Origin: Candidatus Methylomirabilis oxygeniifera
Lineage (GTDB): Bacteria; Methylomirabilota; Methylomirabilia; Methylomirabilales; Methylomirabilaceae
Assembly (NCBI GenBank): GCA_000091165.1
Contig: FP565575.1
Location: forward strand, 2,370,001-2,402,000
Length of the DNA stretch: 32,000 bases
Direction: 5' to 3'
Position numbers and translations under genes: made by a program. Position 1 is the first letter of the stretch. Each line of letters begins with the position of its first letter. The notes below the pieces were generated by a model. That model was not told where the DNA came from. It was given only the letters and a program-made list of their open reading frames with translations, and ran no database searches. Positions 7,300 to 15,578 of the stretch are shown piece by piece.

Positions 7300-9219
7300 T
7301 CACTTCCTATCACCTTTACCGCCGAGGTCCTCGAACTCGGCATCGACAACCCCACCTTCCGGCGCCCCCTGCGACGGCTCACTCTGAGTCTGTCCACCAG
7401 GGGCGGCCTGTTGCTTGCTCTGCGCCTGCTGATAGAGCAACTCGGCAAGCCGGTGGGAGGCCTTGGTAAGCTGATCAAGCGTCTCGCGTTGCTTATCTAC
7501 CTCTTCGCCCTTCAGGGCTTCCTTGGCTGAGTTAATGGCGGTTTCCAGGGCGCCCAGTTCGGCAATCGGCAGTTTTTCACGATTCTCGCTCAGCATCTTC
7601 TCGGTCTGATAGCACAGGCTGTCGAGCTGGTTCCGGACCTCGATCTCCTCGCGTCGTTTCTTATCTTCTTCGGCGCATCGGTCGGACTCTTTGACCATTC
7701 GCTCGATTTCGTCTTTGGTCAGTCCGGAGCTGGCAGTAATCGTGATCTTCTGCTCCTTGCTGGTGGCAAGGTCCTTCGCGGCAACATTGAGGATCCCATT
7801 GGCGTCGATGTCGAAGGCGACCTCGATCTGCGGAATGCCGCGCGGTGCCGGTGGGATCCCTACCAGGTGGAAACGGCCCAGTGTCCGGCTGTCCCTGGCC
7901 AGTTGCCGCTCCCCCTGGAGGACATGGATCTCCACGCTGGTCTGACTGTCGGCCGCCGTCGTGAAGAGTTCGCTCTTGCGGGTCGGGATGGTGGTGTTCC
8001 GTTCGATCAGTCGAGTCATCACCCCGCCCAAGGTTTCAATCCCCAGCGAAAGAGGTGTCACGTCCAGGAGGACGACGTCTTTGACGTCACCCACCAACAC
8101 GCCGGCCTGGATGGCTGCGCCGACCGCGACCACCTCATCCGGGTTGACCCCCTTATGCGGCTCCTTCCCAAAAAGCTCCCGCACAAGCATTTGAACCTTC
8201 GGCATCCTGGTCTGCCCGCCCACCAGCACGACCTCATCGATGCTGCTGGGATCGAGACCGGCGTCCTTTAAAGCCTGACGGCAGGGCCCGATGGACCGTT
8301 GGATCAGGTCCTCGACCAATTGTTCGAGCTTTGCCCTCGTGAGCTTGATGCTCAGGTGCTTCGGTCCGGAGGCGTCGGCCGTAATAAACGGCAGGTTGAT
8401 TTCGGTCTCCAGCACCGTGCTGAGCTCACATTTGGCCTTTTCCGCAGCCTCTTTCAGGCGCTGAAGCGCCATCCGGTCCTTCCGCAGATCAATCCCCTGA
8501 TCCTTCTTGAACTCATCCACCAGCCATGAGATGATCCGCTCGTCGAAGTCGTCGCCTCCGAGGTGGGTATCGCCGTTGGTAGATTTGACTTCAAAGACCC
8601 CTTCACCCAACTCCAGAATGGATACGTCAAATGTCCCTCCCCCCAGGTCGTAGACGGCGATCTTCTCGTCCTTCTTTTTGTCCAAGCCGTAGGCCAGCGA
8701 CGCCGCCGTCGGCTCGTTCACGATCCGGAGCACCTCCAGTCCGGCGATTTTGCCGGCGTCCTTAGTAGCCTGACGCTGCGAGTCATTAAAATAGGCCGGG
8801 ACGGTAATCACCGCCTGTGTAATCTTCTCTCCGAGATAGGCCTCGGCATCCGTCTTCATCTTCTGGAGGATCATGGCGGAAATCTCAGGCGGCGAATAAG
8901 ATTTCCCTCTTACCTCAACTGAGGCATCGCCATTGCCGGCCCGAATTACCTTGTACGGCACCAGCTTAATCTCCTGGCTGACCTCCTCATTGCGTCGACC
9001 CATGAAGCGCTTGATGGAAAAGATCGTGTTTTCAGGGTTGGTCGTTGCCTGCCGCTTGGCGACCTGACCGACTAGTCGCTCCCCCTCCTTCGAGAAGGCT
9101 ACCACCGATGGGGTCAATCGACCGCCCTCGGCATTGGGGACGACCACAGGGTCTCCGGCCTCCATGATAGCCATCACTGAATTGGTAGTTCCAAGATCAA
9201 TACCGAGAACTTTTGGCAC
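7300..9219 (-). CDS. dnaK: Chaperone DnaK (Hsp70)
   Basis: 639 aa with [17 protein letters not shown] and [10 protein letters not shown] Hsp70 signatures. GTG start at 9219, 8 nt after AAGGAGG. Confidence 0.97.
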   Translation of the reverse strand: MPKVLGIDLGTTNSVMAIMEAGDPVVVPNAEGGRLTPSVVAFSKEGERLVGQVAKRQATTNPENTIFSIKRFMGRRNEEVSQEIKLVPYKVIRAGNGDASVEVRGKSYSPPEISAMILQKMKTDAEAYLGEKITQAVITVPAYFNDSQRQATKDAGKIAGLEVLRIVNEPTAASLAYGLDKKKDEKIAVYDLGGGTFDVSILELGEGVFEVKSTNGDTHLGGDDFDERIISWLVDEFKKDQGIDLRKDRMALQRLKEAAEKAKCELSTVLETEINLPFITADASGPKHLSIKLTRAKLEQLVEDLIQRSIGPCRQALKDAGLDPSSIDEVVLVGGQTRMPKVQMLVRELFGKEPHKGVNPDEVVAVGAAIQAGVLVGDVKDVVLLDVTPLSLGIETLGGVMTRLIERNTTIPTRKSELFTTAADSQTSVEIHVLQGERQLARDSRTLGRFHLVGIPPAPRGIPQIEVAFDIDANGILNVAAKDLATSKEQKITITASSGLTKDEIERMVKESDRCAEEDKKRREEIEVRNQLDSLCYQTEKMLSENREKLPIAELGALETAINSAKEALKGEEVDKQRETLDQLTKASHRLAELLYQQAQSKQQAAPGGQTQSEPSQGAPEGGVVDAEFEDLGGKGDRK

Positions 9220-9295
9220 CTCTTGTCCTCCTTATAAGAAATGTCTTCGTTAAGTTAACCAAGGATGAACCCGATCTTCAGTATTCTCACATCGA

Positions 9296-9324
9296 AAGAT
9301 AAAGCATTAGTCTATAACTGTCAA
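9296..9324 (-). promoter_or_regulatory. Candidate sigma70 promoter for the dnaK operon
   Basis: The minus strand reads CTTGACA-N17-TATCTT, about 75 nt upstream of the dnaK start. Confidence 0.45.
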
Positions 9325-9390
9325 GTATATTTAACAGATTTTATTTAGATTATAATCCCATTTCCCGGATGAGTCCATTCGGGAAATCCC

Positions 9391-9419
9391 TTGACCCACC
9401 CCACGGTGTAGGATAATGT
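9391..9419 (+). promoter_or_regulatory. Candidate sigma70 promoter for cutA, divergent from dnaK
   Basis: TTGACC-N17-TAATGT. Confidence 0.35.
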
Positions 9420-9516
9420 TGCTATAATTGACTGTATCTACCGTAAAATACGCGGTTTAGCAGAGCCAAAAGACTTCAGGGGCGCTCCACTAAGGTCTTT
9501 ATTAGAGGAGGGCGGA

Positions 9517-9846
9517 TTGGAACCAAACTCTACACATATCGTCGTGTTCATTACGACAAGCTCCAAACAGGAGGCCGAGACGATCGGAAAAGCGCTGATC
9601 GAGTCGCGACTGGCGGCCTGCGTCAACATCATCTCGGCTGGCGTGCACTCCCTCTTTTGGTGGCAGGGAGTGATTGAACGGCAGGACGAAATGCTCATGT
9701 TGGTCAAGAGCCGAAGCGATCTTCTCCCGTCCATCATCGAGCTGGTTAAGGAGTTGCACTCTTACACGGTGCCGGAGGTGATCGCGCTGCCCATTGTTGC
9801 CGGATCCCCTGACTACCTTACCTGGGTGGATGAGTCGTTACGGTAA
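9517..9846 (+). CDS. cutA: Divalent-cation tolerance protein CutA
   Basis: IVVFITTSSKQEAETIGKALIESRLAACVNII...LMLVKS...YTVPEVIALPI is the CutA1 fold signature. TTG start preceded by GAGGAGGG. Confidence 0.85.
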   Translation: MEPNSTHIVVFITTSSKQEAETIGKALIESRLAACVNIISAGVHSLFWWQGVIERQDEMLMLVKSRSDLLPSIIELVKELHSYTVPEVIALPIVAGSPDYLTWVDESLR

Positions 9847-9899
9847 AGCCTGTTGGACTCGTCGGCGGTCTCCCACCACAGTGACATCCTGTAAGAAAC

Positions 9900-9986
9900 G
9901 AGCGTTCAGCGTTCGGCCTCAGACAAAACAAGGAATGTGCCACACGAACTGACAGCCGACCGCTGAAAGTTGATCGCTGCCTCAGA
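9900..9986. repeat. Heptad-built imperfect palindrome downstream of cutA
   Basis: The arms GTTCAGCGTTCGGC (~9904-9917) and GCCGACCGCTGAAA (~9955-9968) pair at 12/13 positions. The plus strand of 9949-9983 reads CTGACAG CCGACCG CTGAAAG TTGATCG CTGCCTC. It shares the exact 12-mer GACCGCTGAAAG (9958-9969) with 7277-7288. GCCTCAGA is directly repeated at 9916-9923 and 9979-9986. Confidence 0.75.
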
Positions 9987-9994
9987 TGAATTGC

Positions 9995-10023
9995 TTGACA
10001 AACCGATCGAAGCAGGGTATAAG
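9995..10023 (+). promoter_or_regulatory. Candidate sigma70 promoter for mltD
   Basis: TTGACA-N17-TATAAG, about 105 nt upstream of the ATG at 10129, which has an AGGAGG SD. Confidence 0.5.
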
Positions 10024-10128
10024 ACTCTGCAACCGCCCGCTACCATAGGGGCCCTTCAGACAGCGCGGATCGCCACAGCTTCTTGATTCTTGCCAGCTTT
10101 TGCCTATTAACCCTGACAGGAGGTCAAG

Positions 10129-12132
10129 ATGGACCCTCGATTCTCCCGAAGACTCCTAGGGGTAGCGGTCGCCATTTCGTTGAGCGTCTCGCCCTTCGCC
10201 TCCATTTCAGCCTTCTCTGCGGAGTACCAGGCTCGCAGTAATAGTCTCACCGAGATCCCACAGCGACACAGCCTCTCCGATAATCAGCTTACAGCCGCCG
10301 TGGTATTGCCTCCCCATGGGGTGAGTATCCAACCCCAGAGTCACGTCCTCGACGGAACGCTTCGAACGCCAGGCGACAACGAAAGAACCCTTCGGAATGG
10401 GTTAGTGCATTCTTCTAAGGGAATGCAGGCATTGGCGGCGGGAGATCGAGTCGGGGCTCAGAAAGAGCTGGAGACCGCAAGGAGCATCCTGTCACAGCTT
10501 CCTAAGGCGGCGACTTCGGATGAACTGCGGCTCAGACTTATCGAAGAAACGGCGCTCCTCCATGCGGCGCTTTCCGGCGCCCTTTCAGGTCAAGAAGCAG
10601 ATAGTCCGACAGACGAGCGAGAGGAAGAGGAGAACGAAGCCGATACCGAGGCGGCCCCCGACCTCGTTGTTTCCGAAGAGGAGCCGGTCCTGGCGTCTCC
10701 GGGCAGCGAGATCCTGTCGATCCCTGCACTGGATCCGAGCGACTTTGATGTGCCGATCGAACTGAATGAACAGGTGAAGGCGTATATCCTCTACTATCAA
10801 ACTCGAAAATCGGGAGTGATGAGCCGGGCCTTTGAGCGATCAGGTCGCTTTCTGCCGATGATGCGCCGGATCTTTCGAGATCACGGCATCCCACAGGACC
10901 TCGTCAACCTGGCGTACGTCGAAAGTGGTTTCAACTACCGCGCTTATTCCAAGGCAAAAGCATCCGGGATCTGGCAGTTCATCAAACCGACCGGGAATCG
11001 GTATGGGATGAGGGTCAACTACTGGCTTGATGAGCGGCGGGATCCGGAAAAGGCGACCCACGCGGCAGCCGCCTACCTGAAAGACCTGTATGAGATGTTT
11101 CAATCCTGGCCGCTGGCTCTGGCCGCATACAACGCAGGGGAGTATCGGATTCAGCGGGCCATCGAACAGCAGGGAACCACCGATTTCTGGTCGTTAAGGC
11201 TTCCGAAGGAAACTGAGCTCTTTGTTCCCGCCTTCATGGCGGTCACCATCATTGCCCAAGACCCCGATCGGTACGGCTTTGCCGCACCGGTTGAGGAGCC
11301 ATGGAATGTGGAGCGGGTGACAGTGCCAGGGGCCATTGAGCTACGTTCTGTGGCTCGGACGGTAGGCGTGTCGTCAGACCTGATCCGGGATTTGAATCCG
11401 GCCCTGATGCGCGGGGTGACTCCCATACACGCTTCCGAATACGAGATTCTGCTCCCGCCTGGCGCCAAGGAGATCCTCTTGGCTAACCTCGATCAGCTCC
11501 CACGGTACTCGTACCGTGAGCCGGTCAGGACAGCAGTAAAATGGCATCGGGTCAGAAAAGGGGAGACGTTGGAATTAATCGCCTCGCGGCACCGGACTGT
11601 CCCTGCCGAGCTGGCCGGCTTCAACGGCCTGAAGGTTGGCGACAGGTTGAAGGTGGGGGCGCTGCTTCGATTGTCGCCGGCTGCACCGGCGAGCAAGGGG
11701 GCCGTGGTCTCTGTGCGAGGCGCCGGCTCCAGGGGTCGTCCGATGGCAGCGAAGAAGGCTGTATCCTCGGCCCGTTCCGCCGCCTATATCGTCAAGCGCG
11801 GCGATACGCTCTCGAAGGTCGCCAGAATTTACGGCGTGACGCCTGACAATCTGCGACAGTGGAATGGCCTGAAACGCCAGGCGAAGCTTCAACCGGGACA
11901 AACATTGCAGGTAGTCGCTCAGACCGCAAAAAGCAATCGTGACACCGGACGCGGGGATGTTCCAGCCTCTATAACTCCCGTTCGGTACAGGGTGAGAAGA
12001 GGCGATACCCTATGGGAAATCGCCAGGGTCCACGATGTTACCCCGGACGAACTCCGCCGATGGAACGACCTGGGGCACAAGACTCCGCTTTTGGTGGGTC
12101 AGGAGTTAAGGATCCGCGTCAGCGAGAGCTGA
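10129..12132 (+). CDS. mltD: Membrane-bound lytic murein transglycosylase D-like protein (SLT domain plus three LysM repeats)
   Basis: Signal peptide, an acidic low-complexity linker, the SLT catalytic region YVESGFNYRAYSKAKASGIWQF...AAYNAGEYRI, and three LysM repeats (HRVRKGETLELIA..., YIVKRGDTLSKVA..., YRVRRGDTLWEIA...). Confidence 0.88.
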   Translation: MDPRFSRRLLGVAVAISLSVSPFASISAFSAEYQARSNSLTEIPQRHSLSDNQLTAAVVLPPHGVSIQPQSHVLDGTLRTPGDNERTLRNGLVHSSKGMQALAAGDRVGAQKELETARSILSQLPKAATSDELRLRLIEETALLHAALSGALSGQEADSPTDEREEEENEADTEAAPDLVVSEEEPVLASPGSEILSIPALDPSDFDVPIELNEQVKAYILYYQTRKSGVMSRAFERSGRFLPMMRRIFRDHGIPQDLVNLAYVESGFNYRAYSKAKASGIWQFIKPTGNRYGMRVNYWLDERRDPEKATHAAAAYLKDLYEMFQSWPLALAAYNAGEYRIQRAIEQQGTTDFWSLRLPKETELFVPAFMAVTIIAQDPDRYGFAAPVEEPWNVERVTVPGAIELRSVARTVGVSSDLIRDLNPALMRGVTPIHASEYEILLPPGAKEILLANLDQLPRYSYREPVRTAVKWHRVRKGETLELIASRHRTVPAELAGFNGLKVGDRLKVGALLRLSPAAPASKGAVVSVRGAGSRGRPMAAKKAVSSARSAAYIVKRGDTLSKVARIYGVTPDNLRQWNGLKRQAKLQPGQTLQVVAQTAKSNRDTGRGDVPASITPVRYRVRRGDTLWEIARVHDVTPDELRRWNDLGHKTPLLVGQELRIRVSES

Positions 12133-12156
12133 CGAGACATTCGCTCCGGCCCATCG

Positions 12157-12462
12157 TTGAATTCGGGTCGTTGGATGTCATCACATGGGGCACACAGGTC
12201 TTCTCACGTCATTCAGAGCTCACTCGTGCCACCAGGCGGAGCTAACCGGCGTATTCGGTTCATCGCAGGCGTTGCCTTCATTGCCGTAAGCTTTCTGGTC
12301 TACCCATCCTATCTTGTGATTCCACTCCTTCCACTTTCCGGTACGATGAAACTGGGCATCACTCTCCTCGCTTCGCTTCTGAGCTGGGGGATGTTCGGCG
12401 TCGGCTTCTATCTGAGTGGGCGAGAAGGGTATGACTGGCTCAAGCGACGCCTTCGTCGCTGA
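12157..12462 (+). CDS. Small two-TM membrane protein (transporter-suffix-like); start codon uncertain
   Basis: The C-terminal ~75 aa are hydrophobic (FIAGVAFIAVSFLVYPSYLVIPLLPL...LGITLLASLLSWGMFGVGFYL) and end in a basic tail. An in-frame GTG at 12226 is an alternative start. Confidence 0.5.
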   Translation: MNSGRWMSSHGAHRSSHVIQSSLVPPGGANRRIRFIAGVAFIAVSFLVYPSYLVIPLLPLSGTMKLGITLLASLLSWGMFGVGFYLSGREGYDWLKRRLRR

Positions 12463-13126
12463 TCCGCGTCAAGTCGATTGATCGTCCGTTACCCGGCAAG
12501 TGTAGTCCGTCCCATGCTTCCTCCTATCTCTATATTCGCCTGCAGCCAGCCGAGTGGTCATTTACTCAATACGTCTTATCCTTGGAGGCCTGCCGTTCTC
12601 TCCGCACCGCTTTCATTAGAATCGCGTGAGATTGTATACGCCAAAATGCGTATTGACTGATGTGGCCATTTGTTGGATAGTGCACGATTGTGTGCCTACA
12701 CCTATGTGCGATCTCACAGTAAAGTAGGATAGTATGCGGCGAGATACATCTCATGTCGCATTCAGTTCTTGGTAGTCGTTATGGCATGCGTGTAAGTAGA
12801 GGTAGATAATAAAAACGACTCACTTATTGATGACATGACAATAGCGTGTGTTTTTCAGACAACGCCAAGTGCCGATTTCCTGAACTGAAAAGGAGGTGAT
12901 TCTTACAGACTCATGAAGTATCAGGCCGCGGCTTCTTTGGATCACTCTTAGTTATGTGCCGTGAAGTCGTAGGGCCAGCGCAGCCCGGTCGGCTGACTGA
13001 CGTTGCTGTGCCGGGTGTATACGACAGGTGACCCGATTCTTTACTTATCCTGGTGGTCGTGGTGTTCCGCGTGGCGGAGCTCCCGTCGATCCCTGGTACG
13101 TCTAGTAAATGTGGAGGCAAATACGG

Positions 13127-15511
13127 ATGAATGAGATGAGCGTCACAGGCAACTTGCTGGTACGAGGCAAGAGTAATAAGAGGAGAAGTAAGAGTAAAGG
13201 TTTCGCGCTGATCGGCGCATTGTTGGGAACGCTTGCGGCCGTTTCCCCGGGTTCAGCGGCCCAGAGCCCGCAAGTTCGATTGGATCCCGACAGCATCCCA
13301 CAGTTCGCGCAGCCGCTGCCGGGACTCGATCTCGGGGCAGTTGTCAGTAGCGGACCTACCGGTGTAGGTCTCAAGGTGTATGTCGGCGCCGATGCCATCG
13401 TCGGGTCGACCGAGATCCACATCTGCGAATTCGACGCGAGCGTGTTGCCGTCGGGTACACCGGGCGTGACGGCGAAGACGCGCTCATGGGGATATATCGT
13501 AGGTCCATCATGTCCGGCCCCAGGCACGCCGGAATATACACAGGACAGTTATATCGGCCCGGTACTCGTGGCCGTCCGCAACTTACCCTCTACCCTGAAG
13601 TTCGTCAATGACCTCGGGAATGCCGACTCGACTGGAGTGCTGGCGTACAAGTATTCTGTTGACCAGACGATTCACTGGGCCGATCCGCTCGACCTTCATG
13701 CCACGGCCCACTGCTATCACCTGGCCGAGGACGGACACATTCCGGACCCCGGTTCGGAGTGCGCCCAGAACTACGCCGGCCCCATCCCGGCGGCAGTGCA
13801 CCTGCATGGAGGCATCATTCCACCGGAACTGGACGGCGGTCCGGATGCCTGGGTCGCGAGCGACGGTCGCAAGGGTCATGGCTACTATACCTCCGCCCCG
13901 GCCCCGCCCAACGGTTTTACCTACAAGTATCCTAACGCCCAGGAAACTGCCCCACTTATTTTCCACGATCACGTCCTGGGTAACTTGCGTCTGAACCTCT
14001 ACGCGGGGATCGCCGCCGGTTACATCATTGAGGACAATACCCTCATCCCGACAGATGCCACTGGGGTTTGGGGGAGCACCGTTCTCGGTGTTGCCGCTTG
14101 CGACCCGGCTTCCAATAAATGCCTCCCTTCGAATCTGCCAGGCACCGCCGAGATCGTCCCGGTCATTATCCAGGACCGCATATTCGACACCAACGGACAG
14201 CTTTTCTGGCCGGCCGACGATGCGGGCGGTATCCTGTCAAGCCCGAACCCTGAGCACCCTTACTGGGCCCCCGATTTCTTTGGCGATGTCAATGTGGTGA
14301 ACGGCAAGGCGTGGCCGTACCTCGAGGTCCAGCCGAAGCGATACCGCTTCCTCTTCATTAACGCGTCTCACTCGCGCATCTACAACCTGAACCTGGGTGT
14401 ACCGATGTGGGTGATCGGCACGGATGGCGGATACGTAGACACGCCGATTCGGGTCGATAATCTCCTGATCACTTCCGGCGAGCGATACGAAGTCATTATT
14501 GATTTTAAAGGTCTGAATGAGCAAAATCTGATCCTCCGTAATACGGCCGAAGCACCGTACCCGAACGGCACGGCGCCGAAACCAACGACCCTTGGGCACG
14601 TGATGCAGTTCCGCGTTGCGGCTGCGGACGCAGCGGATACCAGCTTCGATCCGGCTTCCGGCAATCGGATACGGGGCAAAGAGGCGCAGATCGTACGTCT
14701 CGTGAAACCGACCAAGGGGAAGTTGGCCGTAAAGAAGAAGAACGTGGCTGTAACTCGCCAGCTCGTCTTTAACGACGTGGACGGCGCGAGCAAGACCGTG
14801 ACCAACCCGGTCACCGGCGAGCCCGGAACTACCTACCTGGGCGGGCGGCTGGAAATCCTGATGAACAATACCAAGTGGTCAGGCGAATCGGATAGGACGT
14901 ATGGCGACTTCACGCCGATTACGCTCAACGGTGTTACGAATAACTACTCTGAGATTGTTCAAGAGGGCAACATCGAAGTGTGGGAGTTTGTCAACCTGAC
15001 CCAGGTGTCTCACGCGCAACACCTGCATGGAGTCGCGTTTCAGGTGCTCAATCGCCAGGACTTCAATAAGGGCGCCTACATGGCGGCCTATGCGACGGCG
15101 TTTCCTGGCGGCGCATTTATTCCAGGCTTCGGCCCACCGTTAGACTATAGGCCGTCATCCGCTTCCGGTAAGAAGTACGGCGGTAACCCCGACATCAAAC
15201 CGTACCTGCAAGGGAAAGTCATACCGCCTCGACCTGAAGAGTCCGCCTGGAAGGACACCGTGATCACCCTTCCCGGTCAGGTGACCAGGGTTGCCGTACG
15301 GTATACGCCTTCCGATCTGCCGATCAGCGCGAAGGCTCAGGATCGGTACTTCCCATTCGATTCGAGCGGTGGCAATCAGAACGGCTTTGTCCACCACTGT
15401 CACATGACCGAACATGAAGACAACGAGATGATGCGAATCAGCCTGGTCACGTTGAACCCCGACGCGCCGGCACCTGCAAGCAGGCTGCTCAAGAAAGGTA
15501 TAGACTACTGA
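13127..15511 (+). CDS. Secreted multicopper oxidase (CotA / bilirubin-oxidase-like, oversized, ~794 aa)
   Basis: All four MCO copper motifs are present: HLHGG (13799-), FHDH (13964-), HAQHLHG (15011-) and HHCHMTEHEDNEMM (15395-15430; C-x4-H-x4-M type-1 site). Start set to the ATG at 13127, 9 nt after GGAGG. The N-region is KRRSKSKGFALIGALLGTLAAVSPGSAAQ, a signal peptide that is possibly Tat-like. Confidence 0.9.
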   Translation: MNEMSVTGNLLVRGKSNKRRSKSKGFALIGALLGTLAAVSPGSAAQSPQVRLDPDSIPQFAQPLPGLDLGAVVSSGPTGVGLKVYVGADAIVGSTEIHICEFDASVLPSGTPGVTAKTRSWGYIVGPSCPAPGTPEYTQDSYIGPVLVAVRNLPSTLKFVNDLGNADSTGVLAYKYSVDQTIHWADPLDLHATAHCYHLAEDGHIPDPGSECAQNYAGPIPAAVHLHGGIIPPELDGGPDAWVASDGRKGHGYYTSAPAPPNGFTYKYPNAQETAPLIFHDHVLGNLRLNLYAGIAAGYIIEDNTLIPTDATGVWGSTVLGVAACDPASNKCLPSNLPGTAEIVPVIIQDRIFDTNGQLFWPADDAGGILSSPNPEHPYWAPDFFGDVNVVNGKAWPYLEVQPKRYRFLFINASHSRIYNLNLGVPMWVIGTDGGYVDTPIRVDNLLITSGERYEVIIDFKGLNEQNLILRNTAEAPYPNGTAPKPTTLGHVMQFRVAAADAADTSFDPASGNRIRGKEAQIVRLVKPTKGKLAVKKKNVAVTRQLVFNDVDGASKTVTNPVTGEPGTTYLGGRLEILMNNTKWSGESDRTYGDFTPITLNGVTNNYSEIVQEGNIEVWEFVNLTQVSHAQHLHGVAFQVLNRQDFNKGAYMAAYATAFPGGAFIPGFGPPLDYRPSSASGKKYGGNPDIKPYLQGKVIPPRPEESAWKDTVITLPGQVTRVAVRYTPSDLPISAKAQDRYFPFDSSGGNQNGFVHHCHMTEHEDNEMMRISLVTLNPDAPAPASRLLKKGIDY

Positions 15512-15578
15512 TGCCATATTCAACTGCATTCGCATATCGCATCATTATCAGGACTGCCGAGAGAAGGAGCGCTAGATA

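Noticed and set aside
9305-9325. HAIR-like HspR operator overlapping the dnaK -35 element (minus strand CTTGACA-GTTATAG-ACTAATG)
   Set aside because: Only 10/14 positions match CTTGAGT-N7-ACTCAAG, and the two halves are not complementary to each other. Most of the match comes from the -35 hexamer itself.
12782-12797. Sigma54-type promoter (TGGCAT-GCGTG-TAAG) upstream of the MCO operon
   Set aside because: The -24 GG is present, but the -12 element (TTGC) is not; only 1 of 4 positions matches.
12890-12948. Leader peptide MKYQAAASLDHS behind the perfect SD AAGGAGGTGAT
   Set aside because: The 16-nt SD-to-ATG spacing is too long for efficient initiation, and the peptide has no regulatory-codon bias. 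It is kept only as a note inside the leader finding.
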